Shown: positions 1 through 9,785, counted from the stretch's first letter. The stretch is 32,000 nucleotides of DNA from Acaryochloris marina S15 (GCF_018336915.1 NZ_CP064923.1:2460001-2492000); one strand, 5' to 3'. Program-made: numbers and translations. Notes: generated by a model not told the origin, from the sequence alone.

Positions 1-1133
1 TCTTGGTGTTTTTCGGCAAACTCTGTGCCCAGACGAGAAAGCGCTTTTTCTAATTCTTGCTCTCGAATGGATTCTACCTTCGTTCTTAAGCTACTGATGG
101 TGGGTACTGTCTCTAGGGAACGCCACCAGACATCAAAACTAGCCACCTCTTCTTCTAAGAGAGATTCTGCTTCTATAGCCATTTGTCTTCGGCTCTCTTG
201 GTTTTGAGCAACGACTGCTTTTAAATCATCTACATTGAACGCATGGACTTGCGTCAATTCATTTACATTGCTGTGAACGTTCCGGGGTACGGAAATATCG
301 AAGATCATGCAGGATTGACGATCACAGACGATGGGCTCTAGGATGTCGCGATCTAACAAGGGTTCAGTTGCAGCCGTACTAGTAAAAATTAAATCAGAAA
401 CGGATAAGACTTCCTGCATGTCAGTTAAAGTATGCAGCTTCAGGTCAGCACTCTGAAATTGACTGGCCAGCTGCTCAGCTCCCTTCATCGACCGATTTAA
501 GATCGTGATTTGATTGGCCCCTTTACTGAGCAGATGTTTGACCAATAAGCGAGACATTTTGCCTGCGCCGATAATGGCAACCCGATGGGCTGACAAATTT
601 TCGGTCTTCATCTGGGCAAGTTCTACTGCCGCCGAACTGATTGATACTGCTCCTGTGCCGATACTGGTTTCTGTTCGGACTCGCTTACCAGCAGAAATCG
701 CCTGTTTGAATAAGCGATTGAGAATAGGGCCAGCGCCGCTGTATTTTTGACTCATTTTGTGAGTTTGCTTCACTTGAGCCAAAATTTGTCCTTCTCCCAA
801 AACTAAGCTATCTAGCCCGGCGGACACGCGCATCAAATGCATAACAGCATCTTGATGGAGAAGGATGAACAAATGCTGACGGAGTTCCAATAGAGGAATT
901 TGACTCCACTCTGATAGGAACTGCGTCAGCTCACGAATACCGTCATCGGTTTCTTGCGCAACCACATAAACTTCCATGCGGTTACAGGTACTCAAAATGG
1001 CAACTTCTTCTAAATGAGGATAACTCCTTAATTGAGAGGTAGCCTTTTCTTTCACATCATCGGGAATGCTGAGTTTTTCTCGCACATCCACTGGCGCTGT
1101 TTTATGACTTAAACCGACAACCGCAATATTCAT
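1..1133 (-). CDS. hemA: Glutamyl-tRNA reductase (HemA), 3' end cut by window edge
   Basis: Absent from the ORF track because it is open at the window edge. My translation of the minus strand from ATG 1133..1131 gives [24 protein letters not shown]...[12 protein letters not shown]...[21 protein letters not shown]...[17 protein letters not shown]. This contains the HemA catalytic-Cys motif (STCNR) and a Rossmann GxGxxS motif. AAGGAGGA Shine-Dalgarno on the minus strand at 1137-1144. Lies 71 bp downstream of glpX on the same strand. Confidence 0.9.
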   Translation of the reverse strand, partial: MNIAVVGLSHKTAPVDVREKLSIPDDVKEKATSQLRSYPHLEEVAILSTCNRMEVYVVAQETDDGIRELTQFLSEWSQIPLLELRQHLFILLHQDAVMHLMRVSAGLDSLVLGEGQILAQVKQTHKMSQKYSGAGPILNRLFKQAISAGKRVRTETSIGTGAVSISSAAVELAQMKTENLSAHRVAIIGAGKMSRLLVKHLLSKGANQITILNRSMKGAEQLASQFQSADLKLHTLTDMQEVLSVSDLIFTSTAATEPLLDRDILEPIVCDRQSCMIFDISVPRNVHSNVNELTQVHAFNVDDLKAVVAQNQESRRQMAIEAESLLEEEVASFDVWWRSLETVPTISSLRTKVESIREQELEKALSRLGTEFAEKHQ

Positions 1134-1204
1134 GTGTCCTCCTTCTCTGTTTATTTAGCCGTTTCGTTTGAGAGATTCAAACTTCAGAACATAGAGGCAA
1201 TTGC

Positions 1205-2251
1205 CTAATGTAACTGGAGTGCCTTAGGACGTTTAGGCGTTTCAAACATATGGACGGTGTCAACAAATCGGGCGGTTTTAGACTGAGTAGAAATAACAAG
1301 GGATTGTGTTCTTGCACCCCCGCCAAAGAAGCGAACTCCTTTCATCAAGGTTCCTGGGGTAATGCCACAGGCGGCAAACAGAACGGTTTCACCACAGGCT
1401 AATTCCTCAGCTGTGTAGACCTTATCTGGGTCGTTAATACCCATGTCCTTGAGGCGAGCTAGGTTGCTTTCCTTGCTCTCACCAATCAAACCTGTTTTGA
1501 CGATGTCGGGATCGTAAATAAGTTGGCCTTGGAAATGCCCACCCAGCGCGCGCATCGCAGCAGCTGAAATGACGCCTTCAGGTGCAGCACCGATACCCAT
1601 CAATGCATGGATATTTGTACCAGAAAATGCACAGGAGAGAGCCGCAGAAACATCTCCATCCGTAATCAGAGCAACTCTTGCTCCTGCCTCGCGAATTTCC
1701 TTGATCAGGTCATTATGGCGTTCCCGCTTCATGACCACAACGACCAATTCCTCGATGTTGCGGTCCAGACATTTGGCCAAAATTTGTAGGTTTTCTGTTG
1801 CGGATTTATTGATATCCACTTTGCCTTTGGCCGCAGGGGGAGCAGCCAACTTCTTCATATAGAAATCAGGGGCTTCAAATAACCCACCTTTCTCGGAAAT
1901 TGCGAGGACAGCCATGGAGCCGTTCTGACCGTAAGCGACCAAATTGGTCCCTTCGCAGGGGTCCACTGCAATATCGATCTCCATCAACTCATCGGGGTTG
2001 CATACTTCGGCGGCATCAGGCTGGGTACAAATGCCCAACTCTTCGCCAATAAATAGCATAGGGGCATCATCTCTTTCCCCTTCTCCAATAACGATGCGGC
2101 CTCGCATATGGATTTTGTTCATGCGATCGCGCATGGCTTCAACTGCAACATGGTCGGCAGTATCTTTCTCTCCTTTTCCCATCCATCGAGCTGAGGCAAT
2201 GGCTGCTTGTTCAACCACCTCAATGATTTCTAGGCCGATAACGTTATCCAC
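1205..2251 (-). CDS. glpX: Class II (GlpX-type) dual-function fructose-1,6-/sedoheptulose-1,7-bisphosphatase
   Basis: 348-aa ORF. Near full-length resemblance to the cyanobacterial F-I FBP/SBPase as I recall it ([23 protein letters not shown]...[15 protein letters not shown]...GDVSAA...[16 protein letters not shown]...CGITPGTLM). Confidence 0.93.
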   Translation of the reverse strand: MDNVIGLEIIEVVEQAAIASARWMGKGEKDTADHVAVEAMRDRMNKIHMRGRIVIGEGERDDAPMLFIGEELGICTQPDAAEVCNPDELMEIDIAVDPCEGTNLVAYGQNGSMAVLAISEKGGLFEAPDFYMKKLAAPPAAKGKVDINKSATENLQILAKCLDRNIEELVVVVMKRERHNDLIKEIREAGARVALITDGDVSAALSCAFSGTNIHALMGIGAAPEGVISAAAMRALGGHFQGQLIYDPDIVKTGLIGESKESNLARLKDMGINDPDKVYTAEELACGETVLFAACGITPGTLMKGVRFFGGGARTQSLVISTQSKTARFVDTVHMFETPKRPKALQLH

Positions 2252-2511
2252 GCAAAGATTCCTCCTAAATGCCTGACTATGTCTCGCGTCTGTGTCTTAA
2301 AGTAACTGCTACTTTATTTGTTTTGTATCTTTAAGTACTAGTTTACAAGTCTATCAGACCGCTGTTACACGCTTATAGAGGTTTTCTAAAGGAATTTGCA
2401 TTTAATTTTTCCTTACTCTGCTTTAAGGCGATTTAATAGTGCTTGGGTCAGCAGATTTTAACGAGGATGAGTTTGATGAAACTAGCTGTGAACAGTGTGT
2501 TGGGGCATGCT

Positions 2512-3147
2512 TTATGGGGTAATAGAGGCGGCAAAGTCTTGAACTAATTCTAAGGCCTGCGGATTAATTTCATGGGCCATCGGGAACTCTTGATATTGAA
2601 CTGACACACCGGCTTGGCGCAGGACTTGGTCCGTTGTTTGTGCCGCTTTAAGGGGAACGACTGGATCGTTTTGACCATGAACTAAGAGTACGGGTGGGGT
2701 ATTCGGATTCAATAAAGCTGCAATAGAAGGATGTAAATAGCCACTGAGGCAAATTAACCCAGCCAAGGGTAAGCGGGCACCGATATCTAGGGTCATGGCG
2801 CCGCCCTGGGAGAATCCAGCCAGAATCATCCGTTCTAAAGGGACCTGAGTCTCTATGGCTAAGGCTTGTAGCCAATCCAAGAGAAGTTGACGACTTTCAG
2901 GTAAGCCTGCTTGGGTATTGAGGTCGTACCACATAAAACCGCCAGGGGCATGAGGATGGGGTAGTGGGGCGTTGGGAAAACAAAATTGATAGGTTGGCAA
3001 ATTGAGATAGGGCGCAAGTGATGCGAGATCTTCAGCGTTAGATCCCCATCCATGTAAACCCACGAAAAGACCAGCGGGCGGTTGGCCTGTGGTAGGTGTT
3101 AGAGTGATTACCGAGAGTGACACAGTTCGTGTTCTGAAAAGAAACAC
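2512..3147 (-). CDS. Phospholipase/carboxylesterase-family alpha/beta hydrolase
   Basis: 211-aa ORF with GFSQGG nucleophile elbow, HGWGSN oxyanion-type motif, HGQNDPVVP (Asp) and MAHEI (His). An in-frame GTG at 3123 (VSLSVITL...) is an alternative start. Confidence 0.75.
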   Translation of the reverse strand: MFLFRTRTVSLSVITLTPTTGQPPAGLFVGLHGWGSNAEDLASLAPYLNLPTYQFCFPNAPLPHPHAPGGFMWYDLNTQAGLPESRQLLLDWLQALAIETQVPLERMILAGFSQGGAMTLDIGARLPLAGLICLSGYLHPSIAALLNPNTPPVLLVHGQNDPVVPLKAAQTTDQVLRQAGVSVQYQEFPMAHEINPQALELVQDFAASITP

Positions 3148-3190
3148 CCTTCATTGTTTCACATCGTTGTTAGACGCTGAGATCCATCCC

Positions 3191-5227
3191 ATGTTAGGAC
3201 GCAAACTGGCAGGACGCTATTCCGTTGTTAAACCCTTAGCTGAAGGTGGCTTTGGCGAGACGTTCTTAGCTGAAGATACCCATTTGCCCGACTCCCCTCA
3301 ATGTGTGGTGAAGAAGCTTAAAACAGGTTCCCATGAGCCTGCTTTGCTGCATACCGTGCGCCGACTATTTGATTCGGAAGCAAAGGTGTTGCACCAGCTA
3401 GGGGATCATCCTCAAATTCCTCGTTTGCTGGCTCACTTTGAAGATGGAGAAGAATTCTACCTAGCGGAAGAATATGTAGAAGGAGAAAGTCTTGCAGACG
3501 AGCTGGTTCCAGGCCAACAGTCAGATGAAGAAACGGCGATTGCACTGCTCCATGACATCCTGGAGGTGTTGTCCTTTGTACATGAGCAGCAAGTCATTCA
3601 TCGGGATATTAAGCCCTCTAATTTAATTCGGCGTCAGAGCGATCGCAAGCTTGTATTGATTGATTTTGGGGCGGTGAAACAGGTCACCACTCAGATTGCG
3701 GAATCTGCAACCCAAATGCCCCGCACTGTCCTGATTGGTACGTCGGGATATATGCCTAGTGAACAATTCCGGGGACAACCCCGCCTATGTAGTGATGTCT
3801 ATGCGGTGGGAATCATTGCCCTGCAAGCATTGACTGGTTTACGTCCTTCTTTTGGCGAGCTGCCAGAAGATGAAAATACGGGAGAAATTGCCTGGCGCGA
3901 TCGCGTTTCCGTATCGCCAGCCTTTGCAACCTTATTAGAAAAGATGGTGCTTTACGATTACCGGCAGCGGTATCGGTCTGCGAATGATGCCTTATTGGCG
4001 GTTCAAAGTTTAATGGCAGCTCGAGCGGCAGAAGCAGCACCGCCCCCTCCCCTGGATAATTTGCCTGAAACCGTTGTCAATCCTCGTAATGGTGCTGAAC
4101 GTCCTGTTCAACCCTTACCTGCTGTTGAAAATACCGTTCGGCAATTAGAAACGACGGCCCAAACAGACAATACCGTTCAGCAATTAGAAACAACGGCTCA
4201 GCAATCCACCAATATTCCCAATGCAGTTACCTCTAATGGTGCGCCGCAAATAGGAGATACCTCTCAACAGGCTGATCCCAACCCCACGACGCCACAGGTG
4301 CCTGTGACAAATCCTGCCGATGCAATCGACGCAATGCCCCCAGAAACTGTTGCGGTCTCTCCTAGATCGCAACAGACCGCTTGGTTGAGCCGAACTAAAG
4401 TATTGACTGGGGGATTCGTTGCGCTGCTAATGGGGGGGACGGCGTTGGCTTTCACCTCACCCCATATCCAAGCCGTTTGCACTGTCTTAAATAACTGCTC
4501 TCAGGACATTCAATTTCAAGCAACCTTCGACGAAGCTGTTGATGATGCCAAAGCTGCTGAAACTCGCAATCAGCAGGCAAAAACGGTTGCTGATCTCCAA
4601 TCGGCCCAGAAAGAAATGGATGAAGCTATTGCGGAGTTAAACAAGATTCCTAAAAACGTCAAGGTATACGATGAGGCGAAAAAGGCTTTAGCTGAGTACC
4701 AATCTGAGAGCAAAGCCATAACGACTCGGATTGAGACAGAAAATAAAGCAGACGAAACCTTCAAGAAGGCAACGACCATTGCCCAAGCGGTGCAAAAGAA
4801 GGCGAAAAGTGAAGACTCTGTTTCTACCCTCGATCAACACAAAGTAGAATGGGAAAAGGCCATCAAACTGCTCAAGGATGTTCCCAAAGACACCCTGGTT
4901 GCATCACGGGTTGAAGCGAAGCAAAAAGACTTTGACAAGCAACTTAAAGCTCTGAAGGAACAGCGGCAAAAGAAAATTGCGGCTGCTGCAGAGGCTCAGC
5001 GAAAATTAGAAGCCGCTCAAGCCGCATCAGTGCCGGCTCGACCTTCCCCGGCTTATGTGCCACCCCAACGATCGACTTATGTACCCCCTCGCCCAGCCCC
5101 GGCCCCTGCGGTAAGGCCAGCCCCTAGGCCAGCTCCACGCCCAGCTCCTGCCCCCGCCCCACGACGGCAAGAACCCCTTTGGGGACCTGGCTCAGGTCAG
5201 CAAAAAAATAATGAACCACTATGGTAA
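3191..5227 (+). CDS. Hanks-type Ser/Thr protein kinase with a transmembrane segment, a Lys/Ala-rich coiled-coil-like region and a Pro/Ala-rich tail
   Basis: The ORF track starts at GTG 3089. I prefer ATG 3191 (MLGRKLAGRYSVVKPLAEGGFGETFLA = Gly-rich loop at the normal distance from the N-terminus). VVKKL (Lys), HRDIKPSNL catalytic loop, DFG, GTSGYMPSEQ. Predicted TM VLTGGFVALLMGGTALAFT. Tail ends RPAPAPAVRPAPRPAPRPAPAPAPRRQEPLW...EPLW. Confidence 0.9.
   Translation: MLGRKLAGRYSVVKPLAEGGFGETFLAEDTHLPDSPQCVVKKLKTGSHEPALLHTVRRLFDSEAKVLHQLGDHPQIPRLLAHFEDGEEFYLAEEYVEGESLADELVPGQQSDEETAIALLHDILEVLSFVHEQQVIHRDIKPSNLIRRQSDRKLVLIDFGAVKQVTTQIAESATQMPRTVLIGTSGYMPSEQFRGQPRLCSDVYAVGIIALQALTGLRPSFGELPEDENTGEIAWRDRVSVSPAFATLLEKMVLYDYRQRYRSANDALLAVQSLMAARAAEAAPPPPLDNLPETVVNPRNGAERPVQPLPAVENTVRQLETTAQTDNTVQQLETTAQQSTNIPNAVTSNGAPQIGDTSQQADPNPTTPQVPVTNPADAIDAMPPETVAVSPRSQQTAWLSRTKVLTGGFVALLMGGTALAFTSPHIQAVCTVLNNCSQDIQFQATFDEAVDDAKAAETRNQQAKTVADLQSAQKEMDEAIAELNKIPKNVKVYDEAKKALAEYQSESKAITTRIETENKADETFKKATTIAQAVQKKAKSEDSVSTLDQHKVEWEKAIKLLKDVPKDTLVASRVEAKQKDFDKQLKALKEQRQKKIAAAAEAQRKLEAAQAASVPARPSPAYVPPQRSTYVPPRPAPAPAVRPAPRPAPRPAPAPAPRRQEPLWGPGSGQQKNNEPLW
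4127..4204 (+). repeat. Two tandem 39-nt (13-codon) units inside the kinase linker
   Basis: 4127-4165 gaaaataccgttcggcaattagaaacgacggcccaaaca and 4166-4204 gacaataccgttcagcaattagaaacaacggctcagcaa. They encode ENTVRQLETTAQT / DNTVQQLETTAQQ and are in frame. Confidence 0.9.
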
Positions 5228-5273
5228 TTTAGGTTGCCAACAATTGGCAGGGGGATATAAAAGAGGTAATCTT

Positions 5274-5369
5274 AACTCACTGCGCAGAATACAAGATTCT
5301 GACACAGTGAGTTTGGGAGCAGCAGGTCTGGGATAAACTTTTAGGCTTATCCCAGAACCTTCCGGTTCT
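5274..5369. terminator. Cluster of three hairpins between the convergent kinase and IDH genes (candidate bidirectional terminator region)
   Basis: AACTCACTG(5274-5282)/CAGTGAGTT(5305-5313), 9-bp stem. CTGGGATAA(5328-5336)/TTATCCCAG(5347-5355), 9-bp stem with 10-nt loop. AGAACC(5354-5359)-TTCC-GGTTCT(5364-5369). T-tracts are poor, so function is inferred only from position. Confidence 0.45.
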
Positions 5370-5474
5370 AGAATGCCCATCGAAAGCTATGTAACGACAA
5401 AACGATTAAAAGGTCTCATCAACAACAGGGACTTAGTTCCGGTAGGAAGTTGATGATCTGTTGGGAATCTCCCA

Positions 5475-7721
5475 TTACACATCATTCCTAAGGTGTGATG
5501 CCAAAATCATATTCAATATTTTACTAGGACGCATCGCTTGGCGGGTTGTCTCCGAATCCGGCAAGTAATACCCACCAATCTCTGTTGGATGACCTTGGAA
5601 GGCATTAAGCTCAGCTACAATAGCCCCTTCGTTGTTGCTTAGTTGTTGGAATAAGTCCGTAAACAGAGTTTTGAAGGCAACATTTTGATCTTGTTCGGCC
5701 AAGGCTTGGGCCCAATAGAGGGCTAAATAGAAATGGCTACCCCGGTTGTCTAATTCATGAACAGAACGGGAAGGAGATTTAGTCTGTTCTAAATATTGGC
5801 TATTCGCCTGGTTGAGGGCGTTAGCTAGGGCTAGAGCATTTTGGTTGCTGGTTTTATTTCCCACATCTTCCAGGGTTGCAGCCAAGGCCAGAAATTCTCC
5901 TAAAGAATCCCACCGTAAATGTCCTTCCGCCAGAAATTGTTGAACATGCTTGGGGGCAGAGCCACCCGCGCCGGTTTCAAATAAGCCTCCTCCTGCTAGC
6001 AAAGGCACAATGGATAACATTTTGGCACTTGTACCTAGCTCTAGAATTGGAAATAGATCCGTTAGATAGTCTCTTAAGACGTTCCCGGTAGCCGATATGA
6101 CGTCTTTGCCGACTTTAATCTGTTCACAGGTAAAGCGCATGGCATCGACGGGAGACAAAATGCGAATATCTAAATCCGTAATGTCATGTTGAGGTAGGTA
6201 TTTCTGCACCTTCTGGATAAGGTTAGCGTCATGGGCACGATCTGCATCTAACCAAAAAACGGTCGGAGAACCTGTGGCTCTGGCTCGATTGACTGCTAGT
6301 TTGACCCAGTCTTGGATCGGAATATCTTTGGTTTGGCACATGCGCCAAATGTCCCCTTTCTGGACCGAGTGCTCCATTAAAATTTGACCTGTTTGATCCA
6401 TCACATGGACAGTCCCGTTGGCAGGAATTTCAAAGGTCTTATCATGGGAGCCGTATTCTTCGGCCTTCTGAGCCATTAGCCCTACATTGGCGACATTTCC
6501 CATCGTCTGGACATCAAAAGCGCCATGCTCTTGGCAGAATTTGATGCACTCCTGATACATGGTTGCGTAACTGCGATCTGGAATCATCGCTTTCGTATCA
6601 TGGAGCTGGCCATCAGGTCCCCACATTTTGCCGGAGTTCCGAATGGCAGCTGCCATAGACGCATCAATGATGATATCGCTGGGGACATGGAAATTCGATA
6701 TGCCCTTCTCAGCATTGACCATTGCCAGTGGGGGGCGGGTTTGGTGGGCCAATTCAAAAGCGGTTGTGATGGCTGATCGCTCTGCATCAGGCAAGGTTTG
6801 AATCTTGGCAAAAAGATCGCCTAATCCATTGTTTGGATTGACCCCAAGGGTATGAAACGTATCGGCATTTTCAGTAAACACATCCTTGTAGTAAGCGGTT
6901 ATGGCATGGCCAAACAAGATTGGGTCGGAGACTTTCATCATGGTTGCCTTGACATGTAAAGACAAGAGAATGTCTTCAGTCTTGGCGGCAGTGATCTCCT
7001 GCTCATAAAAGGCTTTTAACGCGTGTATCCGCATCACTGCCGCGTCAATGACTTCACCTGCAAGAACAGGGATATTCTCTTTCAAAACTTCCAGAGAATG
7101 GTCCTCTTTAACTAACTGAATTTTGACGTTTCCTGTTTGGCTAATCACAACGGATTGTTCGGTGCCATAAAAGTCACCTTCATCCATATGAGCCACATGG
7201 GATTTTGAGCTGGATGTCCAAGGACCCACAGAATGAGGATTCTTCTGGGCATATTGTTTGACGGCTGCAGCGACTCGCCGATCTGAATTCCCTTCCCTTA
7301 AAACTGGATTAACAGCACTGCCAAGGACTTTGGCATAGCGGTTTTTGACAGCGATTTCCTGCTCAGTTTGAGGATTGGCTGGGTAGTCAGGAATGTTATA
7401 CCCTTTGCCTTGTAACTCCTGAATGGCAGCCGTTAGTTGGGGGATAGAGGCACTGATGTTGGGAAGCTTAATGATGATAGCTTCAGGGGTCTTTGCCAAA
7501 TCTCCTAAGTAAGAAAGGGCATCGGGTCGTTTCTGGTTAGTAGTTAGCTTCTCGGGAAAATTAGCAATAATTCGTCCCGCTAGTGAGATATCCCTTGTTT
7601 CGATCTCAATATTGGCTGCTTGGGTAAAAACTTTGACAATGGGTAGGAAAGAATAGGTGGCTAAGGCGGGTGCTTCATCCGTGTGGGTGTAGATGATTTT
7701 TGTGGCTTTTTTTGGGGACAT
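5475..7721 (-). CDS. icd: Monomeric-type NADP-dependent isocitrate dehydrogenase (about 740-aa class)
   Basis: 748-aa ORF. N-terminus [22 protein letters not shown] and overall length match the monomeric IDH family (Azotobacter/Corynebacterium type) as I recall it. Also ...[18 protein letters not shown]...[13 protein letters not shown]. Confidence 0.88.
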   Translation of the reverse strand: MSPKKATKIIYTHTDEAPALATYSFLPIVKVFTQAANIEIETRDISLAGRIIANFPEKLTTNQKRPDALSYLGDLAKTPEAIIIKLPNISASIPQLTAAIQELQGKGYNIPDYPANPQTEQEIAVKNRYAKVLGSAVNPVLREGNSDRRVAAAVKQYAQKNPHSVGPWTSSSKSHVAHMDEGDFYGTEQSVVISQTGNVKIQLVKEDHSLEVLKENIPVLAGEVIDAAVMRIHALKAFYEQEITAAKTEDILLSLHVKATMMKVSDPILFGHAITAYYKDVFTENADTFHTLGVNPNNGLGDLFAKIQTLPDAERSAITTAFELAHQTRPPLAMVNAEKGISNFHVPSDIIIDASMAAAIRNSGKMWGPDGQLHDTKAMIPDRSYATMYQECIKFCQEHGAFDVQTMGNVANVGLMAQKAEEYGSHDKTFEIPANGTVHVMDQTGQILMEHSVQKGDIWRMCQTKDIPIQDWVKLAVNRARATGSPTVFWLDADRAHDANLIQKVQKYLPQHDITDLDIRILSPVDAMRFTCEQIKVGKDVISATGNVLRDYLTDLFPILELGTSAKMLSIVPLLAGGGLFETGAGGSAPKHVQQFLAEGHLRWDSLGEFLALAATLEDVGNKTSNQNALALANALNQANSQYLEQTKSPSRSVHELDNRGSHFYLALYWAQALAEQDQNVAFKTLFTDLFQQLSNNEGAIVAELNAFQGHPTEIGGYYLPDSETTRQAMRPSKILNMILASHLRNDV

Positions 7722-7945
7722 GTATCTTCTCTAAAAGTTGCAGCACCTTGACCAGCTGTATGGGTAACCTAGTAGTAAGGTGACCAAGCGTTTCCTGATG
7801 GAGTATATCAGTGTATCCACCTCAAAGAAGTATTTTGTAGTGGTGTTGCGAGAGCAGAAATGGGGCGATTTGCCCGTGCAGGTGTGAACAAGATTCGGAT
7901 GATGAACGATCGCGGCTAAAGTCCTAAATTGAGGGGGATAAGTAA

Positions 7946-8992
7946 ATGGGATATCCGGTTGTGTTGATTCGAGAGGGTGAGCTGGGAGCACGGGTGACGA
8001 ATGCGTTGCAAATGGCCATTTCTGCGACAGGCGTCGACATTGATTGGCAGATTGTCGATACGGAGAGTGAGGGTCAGCAAGGCAGATGGCCTAGCCATAT
8101 TTTTGATGTTATCCGAAGGGCAAAAACTGCTGTCATTGGACCGTTGATGAGGCCAGATAGTTATCGCCAGATGGAAGCGGATATCCGAGAAAACCTGGAC
8201 CTTTATGTCAACTTACGGCCCGCAAAAACGATGGTGGGTATTCCCAGCAGCTATCAAAATGTTGATTTAATGATAGTGCGGGAAATGACAGAGGGAATCT
8301 ATGCTGGCATTGAATTTGAACGAACCTCAGTAGAAGCTGCAGATGCTCGTTCTTTTCTGTCGAAACTGTCTGGCAAACGGATACGAGAAGATGCTGCGGT
8401 GGGAATTAAACCGATTTCTGTTAAAGGCTGTGGTCAAATTATTGAATTTGCCTTTAATTATGCGCGAAAGAATGGACGGCATAAAGTGATCGCTGTTCAT
8501 CAAGCTCATGTGATGGCCCATACGGACGGTCTTTTTCTTGAAATTGCCCGCGATATTGCCCAAGAGTTCCCAGAAATAGAGTTTGAAGATCGAGCCATAG
8601 AGGTGATCTGTCGGGAATTAATGCAGAGACCTGACACATTTGATGTGTTAGTGATGCCAAATTTATACGGTGATTTGCTCGCTCATCTCTGTGCTGGCAT
8701 GGTGGGTGGGCTGAATGTACCGAATGCACATATTGGAGATAAATATGCAGTGTTTGGTACCCAATCAACGGGATTCAGTGAAGTTTGCAACAATCCGACA
8801 TCGCTGATCCTAGCGGGTGCGTTAATGTTGCAACATTTAGGAGAACAGGATGCGGCTCGGCGGCTACAGGCAGCAGTGGAGACTGTGGTTGGAGATCAAG
8901 GCGATACGGCTGCTGACTTGACTCCAGTTGGTTTTGAAGTGGTTGATTCCCAGGCGATGGCCCAAGCCATTACTCAAGCCATTGCTGCTTGA
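7946..8992 (+). CDS. Isocitrate/isopropylmalate dehydrogenase-family protein (IDH3-like) with degenerate catalytic and cofactor motifs
   Basis: 348-aa ORF. Family motifs retained: LYVNLRP, VREMTEGIYAGIE, FDVLVMPNLYGD, NPTSLILAGALMLQHLG. Changed relative to the canonical family: PGDGIGPE becomes REGELGAR, HKANIM becomes HQAHVM, GDILSD becomes GDLLAH, and the HG(T/S)APDIAG loop becomes TQSTGFSEVC. Confidence 0.75.
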   Translation: MGYPVVLIREGELGARVTNALQMAISATGVDIDWQIVDTESEGQQGRWPSHIFDVIRRAKTAVIGPLMRPDSYRQMEADIRENLDLYVNLRPAKTMVGIPSSYQNVDLMIVREMTEGIYAGIEFERTSVEAADARSFLSKLSGKRIREDAAVGIKPISVKGCGQIIEFAFNYARKNGRHKVIAVHQAHVMAHTDGLFLEIARDIAQEFPEIEFEDRAIEVICRELMQRPDTFDVLVMPNLYGDLLAHLCAGMVGGLNVPNAHIGDKYAVFGTQSTGFSEVCNNPTSLILAGALMLQHLGEQDAARRLQAAVETVVGDQGDTAADLTPVGFEVVDSQAMAQAITQAIAA

Positions 8993-8996
8993 GACC

Positions 8997-9785
8997 CTAA
9001 GCTCCCATCCCTGAGTAATGTTTGATTCCTCGACGCCATAGCCAGCGATTAATTACTAGGCCCAAAATACACCAGGCCAGCATGACCATAAAGCCTCTAG
9101 CAACAGGAGTTGGAAGTCCGATTAAGAGGCTGACAGGGAAATAGATAAGATAAGGAAAAGGGGTCCATACCACAACTGCCTGAACCGATTCTGGGAAAAG
9201 ATCGAGGGGGGCAATCATTCCCGATAGAAATAAATAAAACAAAAACCACAGTTGTTCAATCGCAGTGGCTCGTTCGACCCAAAATGCAAATATGGCAAAG
9301 GTGTATTGAATAATGAAGCGCAAAATAAAGGCCAAGACAGTGGCCAAGCATCCCCCAATTAAACCAAGGGGGCTAGGCCACCAAAAGGCTTGAGGATACA
9401 GAGCAAAAAATAGGATGACTAATCCTGCCGAAAAGGGAAACCGGGCCAGTCGTTCAGCCACATGGCCCGCGACATGGTGCCATACGGGATCGATGGGTTG
9501 TAGCAGGCGAGGGGAGAGTTTGCCTTCGACGACTTCTCGCTCGAAGTCCCAAATCACCCAGACGATCGTGAATTGTCGAACGATGAAGACAGAGATGAAG
9601 TAGCGGGCAAAGTCTAGGGCTGTGAGTGAGAATTGCCCCTCTGTGGCTGCTTGAGACCAGACTCCCATCATGATAAGGGGGAGTGAATTGGCTAATACCC
9701 ATAGCAGCAACTCTGCTCGGTATTCCAACATATAAGCGTAATAGACGGTCAAGAAAGTCGTGATTTTCCGGAGAACAGCACTCAT
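8997..9785 (-). CDS. ABC-2 family transporter permease (six-TM type)
   Basis: 262-aa hydrophobic ORF with multiple predicted TM helices. Its start overlaps the upstream ATPase stop by 4 nt (ATGA, 9782-9785). Resembles the permeases that accompany COG4586-type ATPases. Confidence 0.72.
   Translation of the reverse strand: MSAVLRKITTFLTVYYAYMLEYRAELLLWVLANSLPLIMMGVWSQAATEGQFSLTALDFARYFISVFIVRQFTIVWVIWDFEREVVEGKLSPRLLQPIDPVWHHVAGHVAERLARFPFSAGLVILFFALYPQAFWWPSPLGLIGGCLATVLAFILRFIIQYTFAIFAFWVERATAIEQLWFLFYLFLSGMIAPLDLFPESVQAVVVWTPFPYLIYFPVSLLIGLPTPVARGFMVMLAWCILGLVINRWLWRRGIKHYSGMGA

Noticed and set aside
3089-3190. 5' extension of the kinase ORF from GTG 3089, overlapping the divergent esterase
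   Set aside because: The kinase Gly-rich loop lies right after ATG 3191. The extension has no kinase-like sequence and would overlap the esterase N-terminus on the other strand.
7803-7816. NtcA-like site GTATATCAGTGTAT in the divergent IDH / IDH-like intergenic region
   Set aside because: It is GTA-N8-TAT rather than GTA-N8-TAC. I could not find a TAN3T -10 box at the canonical spacing of about 22 nt on either side. Too weak to call.
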